Assembly: GCF_009834535.1 (NCBI RefSeq)
Contig: NC_045707.1
Coordinates: 61,754,001-61,818,000, forward strand
Length of the DNA: 64,000 nucleotides
Reading direction: 5' to 3'
Origin: Camelus ferus
Lineage: Eukaryota
The notes beneath the pieces are model-generated. The model worked only from the letters and a program-made list of their open reading frames with translations. It ran no database searches and was not told the DNA's origin. Below are positions 27,298 through 39,921 of this stretch, one piece after another (position 1 is the first letter of the stretch; every line of letters begins with the position of its first letter). The position numbers and the translations under genes are program-made.

Positions 27298-29640
27298 CCA
27301 AGTCCTACCACTACCTTTGTGTACCTCAAAGGAGTCCTGACCTGACAGTCAGCTCATCATTTAGGAGTGATGAGAATTGTGCTAGTCTGGAGAACATTAC
27401 ATTTACTACTACAAAGCCCCAACTGTAATCTCCCAGTGTTGCCACAACTTCCAGTTTTTCAAGAAATACAGAATTATCCATTTTGTTTGTGCAGTACCCC
27501 AAATCGTAACTTCGATAAATCATAGTTTTAAAATCCTATGAATGCTAATAATAAATAGACCTAAGAAAACACGCCTGTCCCATACACCCAGTGTGGAGGC
27601 TTTGAGTTGGAGTGGGCAGTGCAAGCCTCTCCAGGTTTAAGCCGGGAAGTGAGTGACCCAGTTAGTTCTACTGGGTAAATTTCTCCCCCGGCATCATCAG
27701 GGGTGGCCGTCTTTGCTCCCTGTGGGTTTTCCCCATCGCTTGACCTGCTTCCAGACAGGAAGGTTTTTTTTCTCCACGTTTTCCATATGCCTTTCTTTTC
27801 ATCTTTTTCCTTTAGAAAGTTGACTCAGCTTTACGTTTTCAGCACTGAGTGTGGCAGAGAGGAACACAAAGGCTTGATTGAATAAGGCAAATAGGGAACA
27901 TTGCTTGCTGTATGCTCTTCGGAGGCAAGGCCAGCAGTCCATAACCAGTCATAAACCAGATCACGAAACTGAATTAAATAATCAAGAGCTAAGTGTACTG
28001 AGCTAGAAAATAAATTCTGTGTTTACAGTGGTTTAGGATCCTTTCTCCAGGTCTGTCTCCAGGACCTTCCTTTATTAGTGGTAAGTAGTTGCTAGGCAAC
28101 CATTCCAAGTCTATGCCCCTACTGCTTCCTACATCCAAGCTAGAGAAACAAATTACATGCCACTTTAAAAGCCAAGATTTTATCTTCTTCACCAAGGTAT
28201 TTAAGCGTGTTAGCTAAAACTAACGTGACTGTTGGTTTATTTACTTTTCTGTCTTGGGAAAAATATGCATGCGTTGGTGCAACAAGCATGCATTTATTAA
28301 GTGCCTATGCTAAGTCACACTCTAGAAGGTAAAGATATTAAAAAATGTACCTCTCCCCTAAGTTAACTCACAACATTGAGGGGAGGGGAGATGCTGAGAA
28401 AACACACACACACACGAACATGCACGCAGTATAAGAAGAGAATGGAGGAAATAAGATCTGGTGCGTCTATGTTATGTCTGCCTTCAATTCCTGTGGTTAT
28501 TTTAGGGTCTTTTCTAACTGCTCCGCTGATAATAAAGAAGATAAAGAAATTCAAATATCCTTTGTCTAAAAATAATCCTTGGTCTCTGCCAACCTCTTTA
28601 CTATCCTGATTTCTTTGATATTTCAAAGGCTGCATTCTTTCTTTGAAGAAGCTGAAAATTGGTGTGGGACTTAGAAACTCTAAGAGAACCCCTTCTTCCT
28701 TTCCCTGCCCCAAGTTAATGTAGCGCTTTTTTTTTTTTTATGCCCAGTGATGTCAGGTTCAAGGGGAAATTATTTCCTGAGCCCACATCTAGGGCAGATA
28801 TCAACAACAGAACAGAAAAGTTTGATTTGGCGCTGACTCAGAAAATCCAGGATTATGTGACTGCTCCAACCACGTCTCAAAGCTGAGACTATATGAATAA
28901 CATAGTTCAAAGGATCTGAGTCACGCTCGGAACCTTTGACAACAAGCTGTGTTTCCTGTAACTAGAGACGGTGACACCTTGGTTGTTTGCTGTCCCCTGG
29001 CTAGATCTAAAGAACTTGGGCTGTTCCTTCCTGGGTTGCTTTCTTTAATCCTCTTTCCTTTCCATTAATTTCAAGAAAGCTGTGTTCTTTATACTATTCT
29101 CTTATTCAAGGGGAGAAGCAGACAAGATTCAACACGTAGATCAGCTCTGACATTTGCAATCCAGGAATAGAAAACCAGACTGTCAACTGGAGTCTTTCCC
29201 AGTAATTTTATTTCACACGACCTGAAATATTGATTAAAAAAAAAAAAAAAAAGAAATCCCAGGAAGTTTCATAGGTGTCCGGGGTAGTATGTTTACCATT
29301 AATGTGTTCATTTGACCCTGACATTTACTGTACCACTTGTTCCACTTCACGTGTAATTGAACTATTAAAAAGTACTGAAGAATTTTGAAGTTCAAAAACC
29401 AAGATCCAGAGAATTCACCCCATTTATCCAGGGCTTCCCCATGTTGTTTTTACATATATGAGCTAAAGCTAGTTAGTTATAAGATACCGAATCAAAAGTT
29501 GCCTTTGTGTTTTTATTTTTACTCTAGCCTCTCCTCCTGCATCTGTGGTCCTCATTTTTCTCAACCTGCCCATTAACTTCATTCTCCAAAATGAATTGTC
29601 TTCACCTACTTAGCTTAATTCAAGTCTGTTCGTTTGTTCG

Positions 29641-29656
29641 TTTCCTTCCTTCCTTC

Positions 29657-29719
<63 letters not shown>

Positions 29720-29809
29720 TTCTTTCTTTCTTTTCTTTCTTTTCTTTCTTTTCTTTTCTTTCTTCTTCTTCTTTCTTCTCTCCCTCCTTCCCTCCCTCCT
29801 TCCCTCTTT
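29641..29809. repeat. Compound pyrimidine microsatellite: (TTCC)n-(CTTT)16-degenerate CT tract
   Basis: Perfect CTTT x16 at 29657-29720 inside a ~170-bp purine-free tract. Confidence 0.97.
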
Positions 29810-30652
29810 GCTTCCGTCTCTTCTTATTTTGGGAACACAATCCTTCTTTCTAGGACATTTTTATACTCTTTTTAGAGAAGACTTTTAATCCCATAATCAT
29901 TGACATCTCTTGCCTTTTTATCACGTTCAGGGAGCCGGTAGCCTTGACAACTCATTTCTCATGACATCTTGAGCACACATACTAGGGCAGGGGCTAGGGA
30001 CAGTCTTGAACAGGTCAGAGAATTAAGCTGTTGTAATATGAGACCTCTGCGGGCTCAGTGGCAAGGGCTTTATGGATACCAGACAGAGTGTCAGTTCTAA
30101 AGAGCATATGAATGAACTTGAAGAGGTTCCTGCTTTTCCTCTGCCCTCTGCAACACAAACCTTTTTGAAGGATTGAACAGCTTTGTTTTTGAATTACTCT
30201 GTTGACTCGGCAATTAAATTTTGAAATAAGAATTCCCAAGATGGCTATGCCATAAGTGAGAGCAAAAATTAAGGTTATAGAGATAGTTAGACTAGAGTCT
30301 GAATTACTGTTTTTCATTTGTTTTCCTGGAACTTACAACACTTTACTGTGCAGTGCCACAGTGAAATATAAAAAGAAACATTTTAACCCATATGTTAAGC
30401 TTCCAGTTCCTTCTGGGCCACATGTTGTTCAATGAAATGAAGTGAAAAAAAAAAAAAATCTGCTAGGCACCTTATTAGCAATTTAGCGATCTTTCTGCCC
30501 TTTTACCTTGGAAAATGTCCTTGTAACACATGGACTCAGTAAGAGCATGGAGAAAAGACTAAGAGTAAAGGCGTATCATCTATAGAAGAGGTGTAAATAT
30601 ATCTCCCATTGCAAAGGATATTTTGAGATGAGATTTTTCATCTTCCAATTCT

Positions 30653-30755
30653 CTTAATCAACAAATAATTATTTAACACCTACAATCTACAAGTGCTAGA
30701 TCTGTGGATGTAGTGGTAAACAAAGTCACTGATCTCATGAAACTTATATACTAGG
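30653..30755 (-). mobile_element. LINE-2 3' terminus
   Basis: tcaacaaataattatttaacacctac...gtggtaaacaaagtc...ctcatgaaacttatatactag. Confidence 0.7.
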
Positions 30756-31628
30756 TAATGTTTGTGTCATGATGCAAACCACATCAGTTAACATTATGAT
30801 TCGTAATTCACCACTACATCTGTGTCTCTTATGTGTTTACCTGATTGAGGTAGGTTTCCACAAATATTTATCAACTGAATCTTTTTTAATGCTTAGGAAT
30901 ATTTTTCTCAATTATTTTGAAAGGTCTTCTGTCTATTTATTTTAGCCAATACACTTGTTTGTTTTTGAATTGATTTCTCTCCACCAACAATATTAATTTA
31001 TCAGTTTGCCGTGAAATAAGCATTTTAGTAGGGAAGTTGTTCATTTGATTACTACCATTATTCAGTCCCTATAATTTCGCCTTTGCTATTAACTGCTTGA
31101 AGTTATCTTTCACAGATTATTACTACAATAATTGCTTCCTATTATTGAAGATCATCATTATTTTAAATTTTAATTATTGCTATTATGAACCACTTTGGAA
31201 TGTATGTTCGGGAGAAAGCCTCAGTAAATACATTTTTTAAAATGGCTCAATATCATAAAATTGTATTGGAAAAACTCTACTACAATGTCTTTCAGGGGTA
31301 GATTTAAACGTGTATTTGTATAGGATGTATACATGTTTTATTATATATATATATTAACTTCATATTCAACACTTAACACATCATTTTCACAGAGCATTGG
31401 TGGCAGTTATCACATTGCACATAACTTAAGGTAACGTACACACATGATGAAATAAAACCTGAGTAGTGGAGGTTAGTAACATCTTCCCATTCTACTTTTT
31501 GAAATATGTTTGTAAATTATGGAACTATTTTTATTGGCTGTGATATATATCCATCAAGTAGGCATAATTTCTAGTATTTTTATATCATTCTGTAACAAAA
31601 ACCAGAGGTATCTGTAATTAGATTTATC

Positions 31629-31722
31629 CTATCTATATATATACATACATGTGTGTATATATAAATATATATATATTTGTATATGTATATATGCACACAC
31701 AAGCAGATATAGATTATATACA
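31629..31722. repeat. Degenerate (TA)n/(TATG)n low-complexity tract
   Basis: Seen directly. Confidence 0.85.
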
Positions 31723-32359
31723 CAAATAACACTTATAAATATTTTAACAACTTATACACTTGCTCTAAACTATATGTTTAAAAAACCAGGTAGAGACCAT
31801 GGCCTTATTTATATTAAAAAAAAATCACTGTCATTGAGCAAGAAATGACAATATTACTTGAGGCTTCATAGCACGAAATTGTTTCTGACACTTTTGTAGT
31901 AACCGAGGCATTGACTAACGTTTCCTGACTCTGATGTAAAAAATATGTCACCATCATGCTAATTCCTAGGATATAGATCTCTTTAATTATATACCTATGC
32001 AACATCTGTTGAAGAAAGTTGATCTACTTGAAAGAAATGTATTTCCTTGCTCAGGCATTCATAAGGTGGCTTTTTGGACTTGCCAACAGCAATTCAAGGT
32101 ATCATTTATTCAGGGTACTTCCTCTAAGTCTAAAAGAATCCAAATCAATAGAAATTTTATCTCTTTGCAATCAGCATTTTTAGTAGTAGCTGAGTTTGTT
32201 TTTTATCTTCTCTAAAAGATAGCTGTCTTTGGCTTGAGCTGCAAGTTACTTTGATTTACCTTTTTGTCCTCCCTTAGGCGTTCCACATGAAATGTTCTAA
32301 ATCCAAATGCTTGGAATTTCTCCTTCAAATACTTGTTTGCATCTTCCTCCACTTCTGCC

Positions 32360-32469
32360 ATTTTCTCTTTTCTCCCTTCTTTTCTCCCATCCTCTTTTCT
32401 TTCTCCCATCCTTTTTTCCTCCCTTCTTTTCTTCCTTCTTTCCTACCTTCCTTCCTTCTTTCTTTCTTT
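32360..32469. repeat. CT-rich / (TTCC)n low-complexity tract
   Basis: Seen directly. Confidence 0.85.
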
Positions 32470-32569
32470 GAAATAACTTAGTACATTAACAACTTACCTG
32501 AACCTAAATCGTTCAGTTTATATTTATTTTTGCTGATTAATTATATACAATATTCAGTGAAATAAATGC

Positions 32570-32780
32570 ATGCTTTGTAGTCACAGACTCACAGGTTATT
32601 CATCTGACTTTGCCCTTAGTATTTACATCACCTTGAACAACCTGCACAAATTCTATTTCATCACATGTAAAACAGGAATATTAATATCTATTTCTTGGGT
32701 AGGGGTGAAGGTAAGTATTTTTCAAATGATTAGTTCCATAAAGATACATGTTAGGTGCTCAGAAAATGTTAATTTCCTTC
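32570..32780 (+). mobile_element. MIR SINE
   Basis: gctttgtagtcacagac...ccttgaacaa...tcatcacatgtaaaacaggaata...taggtgctcagaaaatgtta. Confidence 0.75.
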
Positions 32781-32789
32781 CCTTTATCT

Positions 32790-33220
32790 TGCATGAGATA
32801 GTTGATACCGTAGTAAGCGAGGTGCATTCTCTGCTTATACCTGACCAATGAGGATAAGCTAAGTACGTAAGTAATATAAACACAGATCATGTATATAAAA
32901 AGCATCTTAACAACTTATCATAAGGTTCATAGAAAGAAGCTATTATTTCTGTCAAGGAGAATTAAGAAAGTTTCCATGGAGGAAGTCACTTTTGGAACAG
33001 ACCTCAAAAAACGAACAGAAAAAACAATTAAAGGGTATTGAGCTAGTGAAATTTGCATTCTGGGTAGTGAGAGTATCAAAAAGTGCTGAGAGAGTACAAT
33101 TAATAAAAAACATACAGAAGGCGGTCCGGCTTCCTTGAACTCTACAGTATGTTGGGAGACAGTGAGGAATAATGCTAGAAAATTAGTTTGAAGCCCTGTT
33201 GTGAAAAGTCTTGAATTTTG
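32790..33220 (-). mobile_element. LINE-2 (L2c-like) 3' region
   Basis: aaagtttccatggaggaagtcacttttggaacagacctcaaaa...gcattctgggtag...ttgtgaaaagtcttgaat. Confidence 0.6.
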
Positions 33221-33429
33221 GTTTTCAAAATTTGCAAATTAATTCCTTAATTTTTCTTTTTACTCTTCCTCCACTTACAATATCCCTAACCAAGTCCATG
33301 AAGTCAGAATTTGCTTGGTGTTTCTGATACTGAAGCTTGCACGTTTGAACGTGCTCTTTCCAATTTCCACTTAATAGTAAACTTTTGTGTTGAATAGGCA
33401 AAATAGTAGATGCTTTGTTATATTTTAAA

Positions 33430-34910
33430 TAAATTATAAAACCCCTCAAATCTTATTTTTAATTTACCTACATATTTACCTTTTTTTTGTATTCTTAATT
33501 TTTTTGTGTGAAATTAAGTTTTTTCTATGTGGAATTCATTTTGCCTTCAGCCAGAAGACTTCTTTTGTCACATCTCATAGTGCAAGTCTGCTGGCCATTA
33601 GTTCCCTCATCTTTTGTTTTTCTGAGAATTTCTCTATATTACCTTTATTTCTTAAAAATATTTTTCCTGGATATTAAATTTTAATTTAATAGGTTGTTTT
33701 CTTTCACTATGATAAATACATGCCATTTCCTTCTGGTTTGCATTGTTTCTGAAAAGAAGTCGATAGAATTCTAATCTTTGTTCCTCTGAATGTAAACTTT
33801 TGATCATTTCTTCAAATATTTTCACTGTCTCACTTTTCTCTCCTTCTGTGATTTCAACCATATGTATTTTAAACTGCTTGATATTATTCTATATACCACT
33901 TAGACTATTTTTTAAGACTTTTTTTTCTATATGTTTAACTTTGGATAGTCATTTGTTTAGTGTCTAATCTAATATTAAACCCTTCTAGTTAGATTTTTCT
34001 CAGATATTACATTTTTCATCTCTAGAAGTTCCATTTGATTTTTTAAATGTATTTTGCTTCTCATTATATTCATATTTTTCTCTAAGTTCTTAAGCAAAAC
34101 TATAACAGTTTTTTAAACGTGTTCTGTTACTTCAACTGTCTTTGTCACTTCTGAGTCTGTTTCTAACGATTGATTGTTCTCCTGGTTATTGGTCACATTT
34201 TCCTGCTTTTTGGCATGTCTAGTAAAGTCCTGTTGGATGCTGGATATTGTAAGTGTTAAATTTTCTGATGTCTGGATTTGTTTTTTTTTTTTTCTTTTAA
34301 AGATTTTAGCCATCTTGTTTTATAACAACTTAAGTGACTCCTGGATCTACTTGCTTTTTTTTTTTTTTTTTAATTTAAAGATTCTAACCTTTGTTAGGAT
34401 GCGTGTAGAATAGCCGTAACTCCTAACACCACCTTAGCCTTTTCACTAAAGCATGGCATTCCTGGGTCTCTAATGAATGCTTGAATACTCAGTAAGGTTC
34501 TTCCACTCTGGCTGTTTGGAATTTGAGTATCTTTCTGTCCTGTGAGAGCTTTGGGAATTATTCAGTTTACAGCTCCATGGTATTTTTTTTGCTGAATCTT
34601 AACCCCTATCAAATTTCTGAAGCTCTCTTTCTGTGTATTTTTCCCTCTTATCCATTACTTCTGGTATAATAGTTGCCTCAGCCTTCCCAAACTAGATTCT
34701 CTATCTCCTAAGTTCAAGGATACAACTCTGCTCTGCTGGGATTCCCCATGCCATCACTGTGGTCTGCAATGTGGCTGTAGACAGAAAGGCAACATGACCA
34801 TAATGCTCATTTCATTTGATTTTCTTATCTCAAAGTTTAGCGTTCTGAGTTGTATTTTGTCCAATGTCTGAAAAAAGTTGTTTCATGTATTTTGTCCAGT
34901 TCCTAGTTCC
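33430..34910 (-). mobile_element. Old LINE-1 5'UTR + ORF1 fragment (L1MC/L1MD-like 5' end)
   Basis: Minus-strand ORFs give ORF1p remnants: FTRHAKKQENVTNNQENNQSLETDSEVTK (N-terminus) and VEITEGEKSETVKIFEEMI. DNA contains cagccagaagacttc...gcaagtctgctggc. Confidence 0.85.
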
Positions 34911-34912
34911 AA

Positions 34913-35285
34913 CTGGATATTTGGCACTTAGTTTCTTGGAGGAATTGCTTTTTGCCTTCCTGTGTTGGGTAACTGTATCATTTTGTTTTTGCTAGAATAT
35001 TTGGAAGGTGGGCTTGAGTTAAGAGTTGTTGATGATACTAACTACTATATATAAAATAGATAAACAACAAGGTCATACTGTATAGCACAGGGAACTATAT
35101 TCAATACCTTGTTGTAACCTATAATGAAGAGGAATACAAAAACGAATATATGTATGTGTATGTATGACTGAAACATTATGCTGTACACCAGAAATTGACT
35201 CAACATTGTAAACTGACTATATTTCAGTTTATAAAAAAGAGAGAGAGAGAGAAAAAAAGAGTCATTGCTGTAGGTGTCAGTGCAA
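34913..35285 (+). repeat. Copy 1 of a ~130-bp local direct duplication (interrupted by an L1 tail)
   Basis: 34921-34980 vs 36601-36660 match at 49/60 ungapped. Homology continues through agaatatttggaaggtgggc...agttaagagt and resumes after the insertion (gctgtagg). Confidence 0.9.
35035..35256 (+). mobile_element. Young L1 3' end (camelid-type) with A/GA tail and 14-bp TSD
   Basis: ataaaatagataaacaacaaggtcatactgtatagcacagggaactatattcaata...gctgtacaccagaaattgac...gtaaactgactata. TSD aagagttgttgatg (35021-35034) / aagagtcattgctg (35257-35270). Confidence 0.92.
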
Positions 35286-36592
35286 CCAAACGGGCACAGT
35301 TTTCTCATCACGGCTAGAATCACCAAGATCCTTGTTTTATTTTAAAAAATTTCCCCGTATCATTATCTATCTATGTTTTTATTTATCTATCTTCACCAAA
35401 AAGGTAAAGATCTTGGAAGTATTTCTCTTGGGAAGGGTCTTAATTTTGAAGTAAATCAGATCTAAGTTCGTACTATTGTTTTGGCATAAAATGTTTCAGA
35501 ATCAAGACATAATCTGCTTTCTTCAACATTATTATGAGACAACTCAAATACTGGGTTCACAGGACTGGACAATTAGAACTCTTTCCATTATTCCATATTT
35601 GTTCATACAATTACAAACTAAATGGCTCTGTCTTAACTACCATTTTTTAAAAATAGTTTATATTGACTGAAACATGCTTTTTTATTAAGGCGTTTTGGAA
35701 TTTGATAATTACAAAAGCTTCGATTTTGCCCATAGAATGCATTTTGCAACACTAGGTGAGAAAAAAGAGAAATTCATCTTTCTTAGTAGCCCTGAGGGGA
35801 ATCATGTACTGGAGTATATTTCCTAGAAAGGATATGAAATTGTGAAAGTCAATGGGAATGTATAATAAGTCCATGAAAATTAATTACACAAAAGTGAAGA
35901 AAGGTTTGGTAATTTAAAAAACAGACAATGAAAATTTTTTGGGTATTTTCTGTGTTTATTGTGGGTTTTTTATTTTACACTTCACAGAAATAAATTATAA
36001 ACAGCTTCTAAATAATGCCATAGAGTTTACATACACTTGTACACAAAGGTGAGAGTTTAATCTACTGTTGAAACACACAGGTTCATGTGTCCGACCGTCT
36101 GAGGTGAAACCTAAAGTTCACCAAAATCAGTTCACTGATTTATTATAGTTTTTTTTTCTCATTTGAATATTAGATTTATACTGTGATCTTTATTATCTAA
36201 GAAGTAGTTCTTGTTTGGCTTAAACACTTAATAATACAGAGTGATTATTTTAGATTAGTGAGTGAAGGGACAGAGATTGTTCTTCTAAGTAATGATGGTC
36301 TTTTGCCTCCAGCCCTCTTACAAAGCAGACTATAGATAATGCAGAACATTTCCATTTAGAATCTAAAGATTACCAAGTCAATACTTAAAATGAAACAAAG
36401 AGTGACATTAGCGGCACATCTCTTTGGGGTGAGAATTTTGCCAAGTAAAACTGTTCCAGGTCTTTAGAGTTAAGACTTGTTACACTTTAAAGAAAAGCAT
36501 TATGTAATATTGTATGGTTTTCTATTAATAGTGGCAGTTTTAAGTTTGTTGGAAAAGGAAATAAAACAGATTAATATAAAATCTAAGACTTT

Positions 36593-36730
36593 CCAGATGC
36601 TTGACACTTAGGTTTTTAGAGACGTTGCTTTTTGCAGTCCTGTGTTAGGTAACTGTGTCAGTTTTATTTTCACAAGAATATTTGGAAGGTGGGCTCAAGT
36701 TAAGAGTCCTGGCTGTAGGCTTCAGCACAG
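36593..36730 (+). repeat. Copy 2 (uninterrupted) of the ~130-bp local direct duplication
   Basis: See 34913-35285. Reads straight through aagagtcctggctgtagg where copy 1 carries the insertion. Confidence 0.9.
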
Positions 36731-37237
36731 CTATAATTTATAAGGCACTTGCCAAGCTTCATGTCTATGGCCTGGATCTGTCATAAAATGAGTGCATGAC
36801 AAAATCTGACTACTTCTGACACGTCCAGCGTACATTTTAAGCTAACAGCCTTACTCAGTTTTGCTCTGAAGAGGGACCAAACCATCCTTAAATAATATAA
36901 TGAGACATTTGCATTGGAAGAGACAGGACTGGAAAGAATGATCTGGATCCTGATCCAGGTATATTTGAGATTTGTCTTAGAAGAGTCTCATTATACAAAG
37001 GTCCCTTGCTTAAGACCTTTGGTAAATATATACTTCATCGGCCTCTATATGCCACACCCACTGTGAAAGTCAGCCTAGAATTTGGCGCCACTTATCGAAA
37101 ATAATTTTAGCATGAAGTTCTTGAAATATTAAAAATAAGGACTTTGATCTTAGAGTGAACAAAGGTGATCAGTATTTTACAAACTTATACATATTTAATC
37201 ATAGTTACTTTACATACATCTTTAGACAATACATTCT

Positions 37238-37357
37238 GCCTCTTTCTACTGGACAGTAAACCTCTTGAGGAAAAGGACCATTTCTTGTTTGTTTTATAAT
37301 TCGAAGCACCCAGCAGTGTCTGGCAAATGCCTCAGTGGTTTTTTTAATAAATAAATA
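37238..37357 (+). mobile_element. LINE-2 3' terminus
   Basis: ctactggacagtaaacctcttgagga...aggaccattt...gcacccagcagtgtctggca. Confidence 0.75.
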
Positions 37358-37599
37358 GTGCATGAAGAAAACCCTAAATCCTTTTGGTACTAAGAACTAT
37401 GGCTGTTTTCACCACGTGAGGAGAGTCCTGAGATAATTTTACTTTTATGCTTTATGTGAAGGCTTTAGAATAACTTCTGTTTGGAGCCTTGATCCAAGAT
37501 GATTATATCTCATTGTTACAAACTCATTCTTTTATACTTATTGAACTTTCTCCTCTATTTCTCATTCATCCGAAGGCCTCTTCAGGTGCCTCAGGCACC

Positions 37600-38850
37600 T
37601 CTGTTCCTAGGGAACTGTGTTCCTTTCATTGTTCAGTCTCCTCACAGAACACACTGCTGCTTCTTGCTGTAAATAAAATGTGCTGGTTCCCAGAACACAC
37701 GACCCCTTCAGCCATGTCAAGTTGCGACTGTTTGCTCTACTAACTCCCACTTAATAGACAAATGCCAGGCGTGGTGGTATTTTATATTTCCGCTAGATCA
37801 CTCATCCATCTTCACCATCATGGAATGAATCCTTATGCTAATTACCAACGGCACATTCTACTGATTACCATCTTCAATTATCATCTATTGTTATCACGTC
37901 ACTCACACCTGCCTCTCATCCTTTCTCCCCTCCAAGGCCTGATATCATCTCTTATGTCAATGTCACTTTGTACGTCCCATCAAAATTCCTTGACCTCCCA
38001 AATACAGCGAATTCTACCTGGACTTCACTTCAGGTAACCATCCCACAGATACACTGTAAATATATGACTTACCAAAGCATGGAGAACAGTCTTGTATCTT
38101 TATGTATTTAGTTTGCCCACCAGATCTCCTACTTCCTCAAGGCTTCTAGTCACTTTACTCCATTATCTAACAATTTATCAGCCCCTTTCTTATCACTTCC
38201 TTACTCAGAATAGCTCAATAGCTTCCTATTATGTTTAAAATAAAAATTTAGCTCCTTACATTGGCCTACAAGATCCACGAGGATCTGGTCACTCCCAAAG
38301 TTCGTGATTTCATTCTCCTCTGTTCACCACCTTGTTCTTCATACTCTAGACTCATTGGTTGTGTTCCTAACTCCAGAATAGAAAATTGGCTCCTAACTAA
38401 GAACCTCGCATGATTTTTTTCCCATCAAACTGGATGACCCTCCCATTAGATTTCTAACATGACTCCCTTTATCACTCAAGTTTTAACTTAAATGCCACCT
38501 CATCAGACCCCTCTCAGTAAAGCAGTCTTCCCCTTCCAAACCTCACTGTCCCTGATTACCCTCTACCATATTACTCTAACTTCTTCATAGAATTAGTGTC
38601 TGAAATATATTTATTAACTCTCTGTGTTTAATATCTTTCTTTTCCCTCCTCAGAGCAAAGACCTTTTCTGTCTTAGTCATTGCTATATACTCAGTGCTTT
38701 GAAGACCTTCAGGAAAGATGGGTTAAGCAATCGACAGACACACACCACAAGTTAAGCTCCTAGAGGAACAGTGATCTTGTATCATCCAGGACATCCTCTG
38801 ATGTCTTTGGCACAAGTGGTCAATGACAAATATTGGTGGGAAGAATAAAT
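37600..38850 (+). mobile_element. Cluster of LINE-2 fragments (L2a-like 3' region at 38150-38720)
   Basis: ctcaatagcttcc...ctccttacattggcctacaag...aacttaaatgccacctcatcaga...cagagcaaagacc...attgctatatactcagtgc. Confidence 0.7.
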
Positions 38851-39921
38851 CTTCAAACAAAGGAACAAAAATGGCAAATAGACATATAAAATTTAAACTC
38901 TAAATACAGATTTTTAAAAGCCATTGCATTTCCATTATTGTAGATTAAAATGGCAAAATTGAAACAAAAATATCCCTGTACTGATCCAAAGTTGTTTAGA
39001 AAGACCTCAAAGTATTCTACCTCCAGGAGTCATCCTTGGCATTCAAGATTGGTGTACAAATATTTATTAAAACATCACTTGGTATAGTAAATAATTGTAA
39101 ATGGCCTTTATGTCAACAGCAGGAAGTTGGTTACAATAGTTCTAAGATGGAGTAGAAGTCATTTCAAATGACAGAAGGACATTAAGATGTTTTCCCTTGT
39201 CCAGAAGTGAGAGGAAGATTCTCCTTTTTCCTGTTAAATATATTCTATTCAACAAGATCTTATTTTTAGTTCAAATAAAAATTCCACGTCTTTACACTGT
39301 GAAAGCTTTTCCGAAGCTCCTGGTAGCCTGTGGTATGTGTTAGGAAGCATTAAAAGAGGTATTACAGATTCTCATGACAAAGAATCTAGGATAAGGGAGT
39401 TGTAAGGATTTTTTTTTTTTTTTTGACATCATGAAACATTTAAATTATAAAAACCAAATCAACCTGAAGAAATATAATACACCTATCATGGGATTTTGAT
39501 AAAGCCGCAATGGTACGGTCAATATACACCATTATAGGATAGAGATGAGTATGTGAGTAAGATAGGAGAAGAGAGCAGAGCTAAATTGAGGTCTTTGGTC
39601 CTCACAGGAAATAACCAGCCACTCCACTGATTACCAGTCCACAGTCCCCCATGCAGCTGTTTCCCTTCCTCCATGTTTTCTCATCGTGAGAGTCATGTTT
39701 CTAAAGAGGTTTCTGCAGACCTAGTCAAGCATTTACTTCTAAAAAAGGGAGTCTCAGCGTATGGCAGAGATACCCTTGAGGCCCTGGCATGCAGGGATCT
39801 GGAGAAAACACCTTCCCTCCCTGCTGAAACCTCAGAGATTTTGGCAGAAGATACTTTTAAAACTATGGATCTGAGGATCCATTATTTTGTATGAGAAATA
39901 TGTTTAGCTGCTCACCTGGAG

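Noticed and set aside
29591..29888. ORFs with FLSF/KKER repeats resembling membrane or charged proteins
   Set aside because: They are translations of the (CTTT)n microsatellite.
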